From positions 806,001-870,000 of the forward strand of contig MU058636.1 of the NCBI GenBank assembly GCA_013265495.1: 64,000 bases of DNA, in the 5' to 3' direction. The DNA comes from Vicugna vicugna (Eukaryota). Both the position numbers and the translations under genes were made by a program. Positions 1 to 11,256 of this stretch are shown one piece after another. The notes under the pieces were generated by a model. The model had not been told where the DNA came from, made no database searches, and worked only from the letters and a program-made list of their open reading frames with translations. How positions within the stretch are numbered: the stretch's first letter is position 1; every line of letters starts with the position of its first letter.

Positions 1-279
1 AACTTTAGCCATATTCTAGAGGTATAAGCTATTTCACGCGTGATGGGTACATTTTCCATTAAAACATATTCAAAGGATCAGTATTACCAGCTATACCAAT
101 ATAGTACAATTTACACAACTGAATATAAAGAAGAAAAAAGGTTAATATTCACTTTCCATTTTAATTTGCAAAGACGTATGAGTAAAAGGCAGGTAAACAA
201 TAAATCCTTCTAAATGCTACTTCTTTAATCACTAGAACATAATGCTGACAGTGTGTGTGAAAGAGTTCACTCATTAACA

Positions 280-676
280 AAATCTGTCCCAGCTTCGTCC
301 ACTGTAAGTGCATTGCAATGGTCCTGTGAACAGCCTGGCAATTGGGTGTGGCCATGTGACTAAGTTCTCATCAGTGGAATGGGTGTGGAAGTGATGGATC
401 TCACTTTCTGGCAGGTGCCTGGACCTCGTTCTGGAACCTGGACCTGCCAGTTGGAACCCAGACATGGTGGTGATTTAGCTTGATCACCAAGCAGGACCCG
501 GGAGCAGCAGTGTCCAGTAAACTCCCCGCACTAGTGGAGATCTCTCTACCTGTGCTGTCCAATTCAGAAGCCTCTAGCCACACGTGATTATTAAATGCCT
601 GAATGTGGCTAATAAACTTCTATCTTATTGAGCCCTTGAATTTTAGGGTTTCTAGTAGTCTTCACCCTATAATACA
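280..676 (+). mobile_element. Old MaLR LTR (MLT1-type) with an internal MER3/MER33-like fragment (~549-612)
   Basis: Contains ggtgtggccatgtgactaagttct...ggaagtgatg and an aataaacttctatctt...taataca end typical of MLT1. The stretch tgtgctgtccaat...tagccacacgtg is MER3-like. Confidence 0.6.
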
Positions 677-1257
677 TGACACTACTACTAATGAAGACTT
701 CTTGGGAAGGAAGCAGGACTGGAAGAGGGACATGAAAGTTGGCTTTACTTTTAACTCTAAGTACTTCTGCTTAGTTTGATTTTTTTTTAAGAGGATTTGT
801 TTTTTTATAAGAATTCCTTATGGTATGCCTTAGTGTTTTTTCAGTAAACAACACTGCAACACACAAAAACAACAAAACAAAGCAACAAAAAAATAGGTTT
901 CCTAACTCAGTCTTTCTGTATTGCTCTGTATACATTTTTAGAAGCTAAGTTTAGTTATATTACTTAAAAAAATAGCAGTGTGTACCTTCTAAGATTAAAA
1001 AGAACTCTGCTAGAAATTAATGGTACACTATTTCAGATACGTGAGCTCCCTGAGGACCATCTGTATGTGAGACATCCTGTCCTGTATTGCCTAACATACT
1101 ATACAGCTCTGCACATAATACATAAAGACTATTTGGATGAGTATCACATTAAATCTGGAAAACATTAAAAACACAAGATTGTACAACATGTCCTGTAAGT
1201 TCAAGTCTACAGTTGTTCCAGTCAAACCTGCTCCTTACAGAAAGGAGTCCACGGTAC

Positions 1258-1353
1258 CTCTGGTATTTGTCCCATCTCTCAAGTCGGGCTGTGATGCCAG
1301 TTGTTCCTTGACTCCATCTAACCGCTGTTGTAATTCTTCTGATGTTATTTCTC
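1258..1353 (-). CDS. RNF6: RNF6 second coding exon (96 nt), (G)EITSEELQQRLDGVKEQLASQPDLRDGTNTR
   Basis: Manual minus-strand translation matches the RNF6/RLIM N-terminal region. Acceptor is gttttag|GA (ag at 1355-1354) and donor is AGAG|gtaccg. Phase 1 joins the previous exon (G+GA=Gly). The ORF track does not show it. Confidence 0.96.
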
Positions 1354-2229
1354 CTAAAACAATGGAAAATTGCTCACTGAAGTTAAAATGTTTTAATTTC
1401 TAAGTTTTATGAAAACTCACAAAGGGTAAGATGAATCTTTAGCAATCTTAGAAGATACTCTATTGTTTTCATGTTCTGTAAACTGAAAGTTAAAAATGTT
1501 TAATCGATGCAAGTACACATCACTTTCATTGTTTCCTTAAAATTAAGATTCAATATGAATAATTAATAAGTGCAGTTGATACACTTAGGAAGTTATAAGC
1601 TATAATTCTGTGGATTTTTACCAGAGTTAAAAAGAAATTAAGAAAGGAGTATTTCTAGAGAAAACTTCACATCTTTATTTATTTGAATTTTACCTAGTTC
1701 ATTATGTGGGTAATCCAATATACAGTATTCAAATATGCAATATACAATATATACAAACATACCAGGTCCCGTTAGTTCATCTGTGAAATTAATTTGTAAA
1801 AAATGTATGGGAACACAATGGACATTTTGGGAGTTACTAAATTCAGTTATTAATTCATTAATAAATAACACCTCAAATGAGTTAGAATTAAGTTTTAAAT
1901 AAATAATATTTTATTTATACAAATATTATTTAAGAGAAATAGAACCATATATGTAAATATATGACACTATTATGAGCATTAACCTGTTGGTTAGTTTGGC
2001 CCTTATGTAACAGTACTGTATGTCCAATATTCTTACTTAACTTATAAAACACAGAAGTAAGCCAATGATTTCCTATGTTGTTATGTTAAAAAGCTCTTAA
2101 GGTTAAAAAAAATAGTACACTGTATTTTGGGAGAGGGAAGACAGGGTGAAAAATAAAAAGACTCTCCTTATTTTCAAATTCCTCCTTATAATGCTGAAAA
2201 GGGTATTTCCTTTTTCACCCATCTCTTAC

Positions 2230-2422
2230 CAGGGGTGCCTAAAAGATTATGGTCTCTCATAAGCCGATAATCTTCATCATTAAGGTCATTTATAAACTGA
2301 TAATAGGCTTCTTCTCTGTGGAGACGCTCTTGCTGCCATCTTCTCTCATTTTCATGATGATTCTGGTCTTGAGATGAGGCTTCCTCACCACCATCATCTG
2401 ATCTAGATCTAGCCCGATTCAT
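2230..2422 (-). CDS. RNF6: RNF6 first coding exon (193 coding nt; full exon 2230-2440), [64 protein letters not shown](G)
   Basis: [30 protein letters not shown] is the hallmark RNF6/RLIM N-terminus, and [14 protein letters not shown] favours RNF6. ATG is at 2422-2420, the acceptor aacag| sits 18 nt upstream and the donor is CCTG|gtaaga. Adjacency to CDK8 fits known synteny. Confidence 0.97.
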
Positions 2423-3295
2423 GCTGAGATTCCTGGCTTTCTGTTCAAACGACACATACAAAATTCAAGATGTTAGTCATGGACTACACATGGCTTCGTG
2501 TTTTAACTTACAGTTTTTTTATTTTAATTTTTAAATTTTGTCCACTACTGAAATACTTCACATGCCAAATCTTATAAATAAAATGAAAGACAGCTGCTAG
2601 GAGGTAGAACACACTTAGACCTACTTCTTTGCCTAAACCCATCAATTAAGTTAGGCTGGATGGTTTTGCCACGCATTTTGAACACCTGAAAACTAAAGTG
2701 ATTATCTCTTTTTTTTTTTACCTCTTTGACTCTCCTGCAAAGTTAAACACCCTCATTGATGTTTCAAATATCTGGACACCTTGTTAGCATACAAATTTTA
2801 AGTCTGAATTATTCAATAATAAAAAGCAAATAACAAGCAAAGAGTTATTGGGTAGTGGGAGGGTATCATTTCTAATTCCAGCAAGGGTATTCTTCCCAAA
2901 ATAAAGCTTATAAATATCATATTAACCCCCTTGCCCTTTGTTGAGGTAGAAATAATTTAGTCTACTATATCTGCTGAATACTCCAGACTTGGAGTTGATC
3001 TGTCTTAAACCTAAGAGGAAAAATACTACATGCACAGCTCTGCGGACTGTGAAAATGCATCAGAGCTTGTGGGTCTCCCTATACAGAACCTCATGCCTAA
3101 GCCTGGAATGGTTAGTCCCAGAGGTTTCTGGGTGCCAGGGAAACTTCCTAATCTTGCCAAGGCAAACACTGCTTTTAGGTGATACTTAAATGTCATTCAT
3201 GAGAAGCTTACTTTTAAGCTGTAAGGAATCAAGGGAGAAAACTATTTGTTTCATAAATGTCTTAGAATTTCTTAAACGCATCTATTGATTAAAGC

Positions 3296-3485
3296 TACAG
3301 TTCTCAACTGGGAATGCACATCAAAGTCACTTGAGGAAATTTTTAAAAGTACACATGCCCAGATTGTACCCCCAATTCTAGGTCAGAATTTTGCAGGGTA
3401 GGGCCCAGGTCTAACTTTAAGACCTAAACTGGGTGTTCTGTGTCTGAAAAAAACCATTCCTGGACAATTTCTGGTATGCCACTAT
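3296..3485. mobile_element. MER5-like hAT-Charlie MITE
   Basis: Contains cagttctcaact...gcacatcaaagtcacttgagg...gggtagggcccagg. Confidence 0.55.
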
Positions 3486-3974
3486 AGGGTATGTGTAATA
3501 TAGCAAATGACTAGGGGGCCAGTGAAGCAACTGTTTTGACTATGACTCAGTGTTTAATGAGCAAACTACTTTAAATACAAAGTGAAATGAGTCCACAAGG
3601 GTAAACTATTGAGTTAGCAACTATCCAACCTCATGCACATTCTAACATTAAATTACAAATTCAATTATTTTTCAAGTGATTACTACGTCTTTTTTTAAGG
3701 AAAGATCTAGTAGCATTATCTAATCATGTGCAAAATAAAATCATTGAAAACTCAAGATTTCTTTCCATTTTCAGAATAATCAGGACTAGACTATCATTAG
3801 CAAAGAGCATTATCTGGTAGGTACAGTAGTAATATGATTTTTGTATTACACAATTTAAAAATGTGAAACCTATCATAAAGTCAAGATACCTTGATGCTAA
3901 TCAAAACTTTAAGAGCTTCTCCTCAAAAGGTAATATTCTCATATAATTAACCACAATTAAACCAAAGTGAATAC

Positions 3975-4057
3975 CTTATCAGCCTTTCAACATGCTTTTA
4001 ATACATGAAATGGTTTCCATCCTTCCGTTGTTTGTGCTTTTTTTGACAGCTGCCCAT
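3975..4057 (-). other. RNF6: RNF6 non-coding 5'UTR exon (83 nt)
   Basis: Strong acceptor ctctcttttattgcttcag|ATG and donor AAG|gtattc, located between the CpG island and the first coding exon. Confidence 0.8.
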
Positions 4058-4099
4058 CTGAAGCAATAAAAGAGAGTTCAATTATTCAATAAGTTGTCT

Positions 4100-5400
4100 C
4101 TTCGAAGGCCCGGATCGGCTAGGAGTCTCCCAACTCCGCTGCAAAGCCAAAGCAAAATCTCCACTGGATTCTGTTACAAACTCACCTAGAAAATCAGATC
4201 CCAATTAGGTCATGTAAATCTCCCGCAAAGCCCGTTTCTCCCCCAACAGAAAGTAGGCCTACCTCCCACACTGTCACTGCTCCTGGGATTACAACTCCTC
4301 TCTAAGAGGCCTCCCTCCCAATCCCGCTCCCCTCGGATGCTGCCCGGGTTGGGTGCCCCCGCTGACTTCCACGCCTTCACTTTCTCGCCACCCCCACCCC
4401 CGTCGCGGTACTGGTTCCCTTCCTGGCCGTTGCGACAGAAGCTCGCGCCAGGGTACGATCCCCGCCACAGTAAACAAACTGGGCTCAAGGGCCCAACCAA
4501 CCTCTTCCCAGCCGGCCCCGGGGTAACGCTTCCCTTAGCTACCTACATTCCCACCGGGAAGCAGGTGACAGGCGGGACCTCGGAGCCAATCACCGGCGAG
4601 GGGAGCGCGGGGCGAGCGCTGGGAGCCAATCAGAGGAGGCGCGGGGCCCAGGGCGGGCCTGCGGACCCCGCGTCTCCCGGAAGCGGCAGTGTGGCCGGAG
4701 CGTTGCCGGAGCTCACGTCGCGGGGGCCTTGGCCGTCCTGCCGCTGTGGGGAGACGAGCGCGCGGCGGGCGGCTGTCCTCTCGAGCCCCGGAGGCTGCGA
4801 CTGGCCGGCGGGCGGGGCTCGCATCCGCGCCTCCGGAGGCGGCGGCGCCCTCTAGTCGTCTGCCGGAGAGAAGCCCGTGCCGCTGCGGGACTGCCCACCG
4901 GAGAGAAGGCTCTGAAGAAGGGACGGCCGGCCCCACCCGTCTTCCCTGCGGTCGGGCCGCCCCTGCGCGACGGCAGACGCGCCGCCGCCGGGCGCTCGCC
5001 GTTGCGACAGGAAACTGCGTCCGGCGGGATCCAGGAGGCCGGCGTCCCGCGTTCCGGCCCGCAGCGCTCGCGCCAGGGCCGGCGGTCACGGGGCCGCCTG
5101 CCGCGCTCTCGGCGGCCGCACTGTCGCCGGGACGCAGCCTGCCGCCCCTCTTGGGAAGTCCCGGCACCTCCTCTGCGCCGTGGTGTCGCTCGTTTGCCGA
5201 GCGGGCTAGAGTGCAACCCAGCCGCCTGTTCTTACTCCTCTGCTGCCCAGTGTCAGGTGGCTCCCCAGCCAGGCGATCTCCCCCGCTGCTCCACACCGAA
5301 TCAGTTCCCCAGCGCTTTTATTCGGGTTCACTCACTTTCCCGCTAGGAATGCACTTTGCAACTCCTTCACAGTCGCGTCTCTGGTTTTATTTCTGGATGT
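4100..5400. promoter_or_regulatory. RNF6: CpG island / RNF6 promoter
   Basis: Very high GC and CpG density. Two GAGCCAATCA CCAAT boxes (CCAAT at 4586 and 4626), GC boxes, ETS-like CCGGAAG at ~4677, and RFX X-box-like GTTGCGACAGGAAAC at 5001-5015. Confidence 0.92.
4717..5000 (-). other. RNF6: Putative RNF6 first (non-coding) exon; 5' end uncertain
   Basis: Donor GAC|gtgagc (gctcac at 4711-4716) inside the CpG island. The TSS cannot be read from sequence. Confidence 0.5.
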
Positions 5401-6109
5401 GACACTTACCGAACTCACCTCACCACTAGTGAAGCCCTTGACTAAGTCTGGCCAGCCTGGGAAAGGCTCCCTGACTTCCCTGCCATCCAGAGGCCTTAAT
5501 CATCGCAAGGCGCTCAAACTGCTGTCATTCCTCATTGGTTCACTCCTGCCGGAACTTTGTAGGAGCTGTTAGTCCCCGCTGTTATGCTGAGCGCCTGGGT
5601 AACAAACAGATGTTCGTTAGCATCCATGAGCTACCAGCGCAGTAGGGGTAGAGGGGCAAGTTTGTTCTCTTTTTTTTAATCAGCATGTTGTTAGATACTA
5701 ACATGGAAGTATATAAATAATGCAATCTACAAAGCCCTTCAGGATCTCTCTGCCGCATAACTCCAGACTGAACACTTATTGGCACCTCAGAACTATGAGA
5801 AATTCCTCAACAATCGCAATGAACTCCCAAGCAACCCCCAACCCCATTTTTACATAATTTCCTTTATCTCTTAGGACTCACTTCATATCTCATCTTCAAG
5901 GAATATTTTCTGATAACCTCTGAAGTGACACCCTCACCTCACCCTCTAGCCACACACAAAACACATATAGGCAGATATTCCCAGTATGGGGGCTCCTATA
6001 GCTTCCTTTGTATAACTATTGTAACACCTATTCATTTACTTAACAAATACCGAGTGCCACTAGGTATTAGGTGCAAGTGATAACAGCAGAAGATAAGACA
6101 GACAAGGCC

Positions 6110-6497
6110 ATTAGCCAGAAAGAGAAAGAAAAGTACCATATGAGATTGCTCACATGTGGAATCTTAAAAAAGGAAGGAAGAAAGAAAAAAAAACATAAAT
6201 ACAAAACAGACTCACAGACACAGAATACAAACCGGTTGCCAAGGGGGTGGGGGGTGGGAAGGGACAGACTGGGAGTTCAAAATTTGTAGATACTGACAGG
6301 CATATGCAGAATAGCTAAACAAGATTATACTGTATAGCACAGGGAAATATATACAAGATCTTCTGGTAGCTCACAGCAAAAAATAAATGTGGCAATGAAT
6401 ACATGTATGTTCATGTATAACTGAAAAATTGTGCTCTACACTGGAATTTGGCACAACATTGTAAAATGACTATAACTCAATTAAAAAAAGAAAGAGA
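6110..6497 (+). mobile_element. 5'-truncated L1 3' end (cetartiodactyl type) inserted in an L2 fragment
   Basis: Contains acagactcacagacacagaa...tgtatagcacaggg...acattgtaaaatgactataactcaatt plus an A tail. TSD aagacagacaaggcc (6095-6109) / aagacaaacaaggcc (6498-6512). Confidence 0.85.
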
Positions 6498-7825
6498 AAG
6501 ACAAACAAGGCCCCTTGCCTTCCTTTTCGATGGAAAACGATAGCCACTGAACAAGTACTTACATTGATTTTCTGTTCATTTGTAGGTCTCTCCCATGTAA
6601 AAGTCTAAACTCAAGTTCCAAGAGATGGTTTTATTCATTTTAATAGTCCCAGGACTTAGCACAACACCTGGCACAACACTCCCCTCAGCCAGCTGCGTAG
6701 ATGAGCAGAGAAAAATGCAAACTTTTCTCAAACATGATCAATGCATATTAGTATAAAACCTAAGAAATTAGAAATTTGTGAGTACAAGTCAGAAAATCAC
6801 ATGTGAGATATCCAAAATTCAAGCAGAAATCCTTTAAAATATCTATACGTGTTTTAGTGAGTATGTAACTCTTTCAAGTGCAAGTATTTTTAAATGTTAA
6901 ACTGAAAGCAAGTATTTTTAAACGTTAAACTGTATATATCCTAAGAGTCAAAAAATATGAAGTCTGATCAAGTGATTTACTTTGTGGAAAGCGGCAGTTT
7001 TCTGTGAGTAGATAGGTAATGCATGTAACTTGAATCTAACATGCTGCTTCAGTTTTTGTAGCTTAGGACAGAGTGACTATAAAAGGGTTCTAGATATGAT
7101 CATTGGAACAGAGGGATGGATCATTCTGGATATCTGTATTTTCAGGTCTCATAACCTGCCTAAATCTCTGGCCTAATTAATCTCATTTACTGGGATGGTA
7201 CCTGGCCTTTTTAGTGTGTATGCGTCTTTTAACTCCAGGACTTTTTACAATTAAGAATAAAAAGGTATAAAAGAATTAAAACCAAAACATTAAAAGGATC
7301 TTCTGTATATTTGCTATTTTATATACTTACAATGTTTAAATGATTTTGGCTTCTTAGACTGACAGCCTTAATTAAAATTTAAAATGCATGTAAGTAGTTG
7401 ATTTAGACTTCTAAGTTTAAGTTGAAATCTTAATAAGTTTGTGGACATATAAGAACAGCTAAGAGAAATTTAGGCTCATCATATTAAGTGTTATGATTAA
7501 TTTTAACATGATTATTTAAAGATTCAGGAAAGCAATAAATCCAACATTTGAATTACTTATTAATGAAATAAAATATTAAATTTATAAATAATTTAAAATG
7601 TTTCAAGATGATTAAATAAGTATGTGAATGAGATCTAGTTAGTAGAAGTCTAATTCTAAATCTGTTAAAGTTTACCATACTTATTACTAGAATAATAAGA
7701 GCTGTAAACTAGATTTAAAAGCCTAAGTTTTAACTAGGACACTGAATTGGAATTTGCTAAATTGAATATTAACTGTTTAAAGCAAAGTTTTTACAGAGTA
7801 TTTTATTAATTTCATCTGAAAATAT

Positions 7826-8183
7826 CTTTTATATGGCTTTACTGAGCTACACAATTCACATACCATAAAATTCACCCAGAGTATACAATGCAGTGATTTT
7901 CTGTATATTTACAGAGTTGTGCAGTCATCATCAAAATCTAATTTTAAAATATTTTCATCACCCCCCAAAAAAACCTCACAACCATTAGCAGTCATCCCAT
8001 TCCTTGCCACCCTACCCCTAGCCCCTGGTAATCACTAATACACTTTCTGTCTCTGTGAATTTGCCAGTTCTGGACAGTTCCTATAAATGCAATCATGCAA
8101 TAGGCAGCCTTTTACGCCTGGCTTCTTTCACTTAGCAGACTGTTGTAAAGCCATGTTGTAACATGAGTCAGTACTCCATTCCT
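7826..8183 (-). mobile_element. L1M (L1MB-like) 3' end
   Basis: Contains gctttactgag...aattcacataccataaaattcacc...ccctagcccctggtaatcactaa...tggcttctttcacttagc. Confidence 0.85.
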
Positions 8184-8243
8184 AAAGAGAAACTTCTTTA
8201 TAGTCTTTCCCTGCATAAGAAAACCACCTTCAAGGACACCCTC

Positions 8244-8647
8244 TGTTATGGGTTGAATTGTGTCCCTCCCCCATTCATATTTTGACACCCTAACCCCCTA
8301 GTATCTCAGAATGTGACTTCATTTGGAGAGAGGAACTTTAAAGTGTTAAGTTAAAATGAGGCCATTAGGGTAGGGTCTTAAACCAATCTGGCCAGTGTCA
8401 TTGGAGGAAGAGGAAATTTGGATACAGGAAGAGACACCAGGGATGCACATACACAGAGGAAAGGCCACGTCTGGGCACAGCGAGGAGGCAGCCATCTGAA
8501 AACTCAGCAGAGAGCCCTCAGAAGAAACAACTTGCTGACAGCCTGACCTTGGATGCCCAGCCCCCAGAGCTTTAAGGAATAAAGATCTGTCGTTCAGGCC
8601 CCTCAGTCTACGGTGTTTGATTATGGCAGAGCTAGCAAACGAATGGA
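8244..8647 (+). mobile_element. MaLR solo LTR (MLT1A/B-like)
   Basis: Starts tgttatgggttgaattgtgtccc, contains cagaatgtgac...gttaaaatgaggccattaggg and aataaa, and ends ttatggcag...gcaaac. Confidence 0.9.
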
Positions 8648-9089
8648 CCCCCTCCCTCGACAGCTTAGGAGTCTCACTCTATCAGAAACCCTTCAGACAG
8701 ATGCGTGGACCCAGGGAAACGGGGGGCTCAGCCTCTTAAACCTGTGTTTGAGAGAGGTCCCCCATTCCTTTCAGGACCCCTTGGAAGGGGTCCTTCTGGA
8801 CCATGCGATCCCACCTCTCTGGCCACAGCTATTTGAAACTCGGATTTTCAGGGAGTTTGGAATTATGTCACAAAGACCTTGTTGGTTAACTGTAACAGAA
8901 CTGAAATGTCACGTAGACTGAAAGGCTAAGACCTCTCAGATGGAGGCCATGGGCAAGAAAACTGTAATTAGAGAAGAAAAGAAACAAACAGAGAGCTTGC
9001 TGGTTCCCAAGGGGTTCAGTTACTTTGTCAGCAAACGGGTCTGTGTGATTCTCCTGTGTCCTCACATCATTCTCTGTCTTTAATTAGGT

Positions 9090-9720
9090 TATTTTACTAG
9101 GGTTCTTGCAGCTAAAAAAATCTTCCTTCAAATCAGCCAGGATTTAAGGCAGGATACAAAAATGACTCTACTTTTTTAAGGCAGAAATGTATTTCTTACA
9201 GGGAACTGGGCACCTACAAAATCCGTGCAGCGGGTAGTGGAGCGGGCTGCAGGCCGAGCCTCAGACCAACCCCACATTTGTTCATTTGCTGACCTGAGAG
9301 CAGCGCTGCCACCTCTGAGGCTGCCGCTGGAGTCCTGCCGGGAACGGGTGGCATTCCTGCTGCGACACAGTGGTCTGGAAGCCAACACCGGAAAGCCTCT
9401 GGCACCACAGCCCTCAGTCACTGCCTGACACCATCAAAGCTGGCACCTGTGCTGCGTCACTATGCAGAAAACCCTCCCTCTCCAAAGCCTTGCTCACCAT
9501 CAGAAAAACAGCCAGAATCGGGTGGAAACATGGCTTCTCCTTCAGCGCTGTTTTCCACACCTTGGTAAATACATTTTAGTGGCAGAATCTAATTTGCATC
9601 CAGGACAGTGGTCGCAAGACAGTCTGGGTCATGTCATGTTTAGTGTCCCAGCCTGTACACAAGATGGCACCCCAAAGAAGGGAAGCGTGCCCAAAGCCTC
9701 CAGCCCTGCCCTCGTCACTC
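9090..9720 (-). mobile_element. Old MaLR LTR (MLT1-type) remnant
   Basis: The stretch ggcagaatctaatttgcatccagg...gcaagacagtctggg...tttagtgtcccagcct resembles older MLT1 subfamilies. Boundaries are approximate. Confidence 0.45.
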
Positions 9721-9745
9721 TCATGTCTCCAGCTCAGCCTCAGAC

Positions 9746-10085
9746 TGTCTTGGGTCAGGTCTCTTGAAACAGAGCCTGCGCAAGGATTCTTATTCAAGCG
9801 ATACTGCTCGAGGAGTGCTCTCCGGAGAAGGAGAGCAGAGGAAGCAGGACTGGCCCGGGGGGCAAGGATCCCACGACTCATCCCACGACCTTCTCCAGCA
9901 AGTGGGACCCAGCACGGCCAGCTTTCCGTACCCCCATGCCCTTGGCCGAGGTCTGCAGGGGCAGGGGCACAATGCTCCACAGGAGGCGGCCTCTAGAATC
10001 GTTATCCAGTGCCCGCAGCAGCTGGAGTACAGACGCACCAGCTGACAAAGTGGGTTTGGGCCGGGCACAAGCAGGATTCACTACA
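9746..10085 (-). mobile_element. ERVL 3' LTR (LTR16 family)
   Basis: The minus strand begins TGTAGTGAATCCTGCTTGTGCCCGGCCCAAACCC...CCAGCTGCTGCG and ends GAGAGCACTCC...AAGAATCC...CAGGCTCTG...ACCTGACCCAAGACA (TG...CA). It directly follows a PPT-like GCAGCGGGCGGAC. Confidence 0.8.
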
Positions 10086-10640
10086 GTCCGCCCGCTGCAA
10101 CACTTAGATCACTTGCTTTTCCCATTAAGGTGCTCCGTCCAAGCACGGTTTCTCCACAATTCTTATTAGTCACAATTTCTGGGAAATTTTATAATGGGCT
10201 GAACAGTCCCTGCAGCTACACCTGGCCCCCAGGCTGTCACTGACACGATTATCTCCCTTGTCCACTGTGCTTTTAGATTCCCCTCCTCTTCAGCTGTTTC
10301 TTCTGCCGGTGGAGGTGGTTCTATGGATGCACTGACCCAGTGGGTTATCACTCTCTTCTCAGGGCGTAGTGCTGCCCTTGCCCTGACTTACAGTCAGGCA
10401 CGGGAATCCCAAGAACTGCCCCCAGTGGCCCTCCTGGGTGCCGAGCAAATTTCTCTCTGCCTCTGTTAGGCAGTAGCCCCACCTCGTTTGGGTGATTTGC
10501 TTGTCAGTCTCTGGCATGAGGAGCCCAGCGGAACCAGAGAGCAGCTTTACGTTCAGAGGGACTCTTCCCGTGTCCTCGGATGGAAGCATCTCACGTCTGA
10601 GGGTCAGGATCTCCAGGCTACGGACAGGAAACACAAATTT
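10086..10640 (-). mobile_element. ERVL internal remnant (ERV3-16A3-like): degenerate dUTPase and pol C-terminus
   Basis: SLEILTLRREMLPSEDTGRVPLNVKL..GLLMP resembles ERVL GLEVLVPEGGMLPPGDTTMIPLNWKL..GLLLP. WVSASIEPPPPAEETAEEEGNL resembles WVTPPGKKPRPAEVLAEGKGNT. The frames are broken. Confidence 0.8.
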
Positions 10641-11109
10641 TACTCAGACTTACGAAACACAGTCTTGGCAAAGGACGGCAAGATTAAAGCATACCTATTT
10701 TACTGGAAGAGACATCAGAACAGGAAAGGACATGCTCATGGGAGGGTCAGTGTCAGTGGAAAAGGAAATAAACATTTGAGTACCCGCCACGTTCCAGACA
10801 CCATACCAGCCGGTTTCATGGAAGCCAGCAGGGCACAGCTTAAGATAGGAGCTCAGTAAACAGTCACAGGAATTAAGGAGTGGGAAGGAGCAGAGGAGTG
10901 ACTCCTGGGTAAGGAAGAGTCCACAAACGCCCTGTTGAAAACTGTGTCGTATCTGGGGGAGACAGCAGTGCACTGGGGTGGGAAAGGGGAGGACACAGAG
11001 CTGGAAGAGCTGGCAACCATTTCAATAAGCACTGTTCACAGCTTAGAATGCATGTCCTAGAGGGAAAACAGGCATGCTAGTTCCCAGGTTGGTTCCAAAA
11101 TACACATTT

Positions 11110-11256
11110 TGGGGGAGGTAATTAGGTTTGTTTGTTTGTTTACGTATTTATTTATTTATAATGGAAATTTACTTTTTTTTTAATGGCAGTATTGACAATT
11201 GAACCCAGGACGCTGTGCTAAGTATATGCTCTACCACTGAGCTATACCCGCCCCAC
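11110..11256 (-). mobile_element. tRNA-Ala-derived SINE (camelid vic-1-like)
   Basis: The minus strand reads gggtatagctcagtggtagagc...tcctgggttcaat plus an A-rich tail ending aaacctaattacctccccc. TSD AAAATACACATTT at 11097-11109 and 11259-11271. Confidence 0.88.

Noticed and set aside
2186..2461. ORF-track boundaries for RNF6 (start 2461, stop 2186)
   Set aside because: The extensions cross the acceptor at 2441 and the donor at 2229 into intron. The true coding part is 2230-2422.
4210..5402. Long ORFs (up to 253 aa) in the RNF6 CpG island
   Set aside because: They are Arg/Pro/Gly/Ala-rich and open in many frames on both strands, as expected from stop-codon scarcity in GC-rich DNA.
6700..9080. 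Possible ERV internal or LTR sequence around the L1 and MLT1 insertions (6700-7800, 8650-9080)
   Set aside because: It looks repeat-like, but I found no diagnostic motif or termini, so I left it unassigned.
9176..10081. Possible retroviral env remnant or novel gene in the cluster of overlapping ORFs
   Set aside because: The PPT and a full LTR16-type LTR follow pol directly, and the remainder resembles a MaLR LTR. The Cys/Trp motifs are chance, and the ORFs reflect GC richness.
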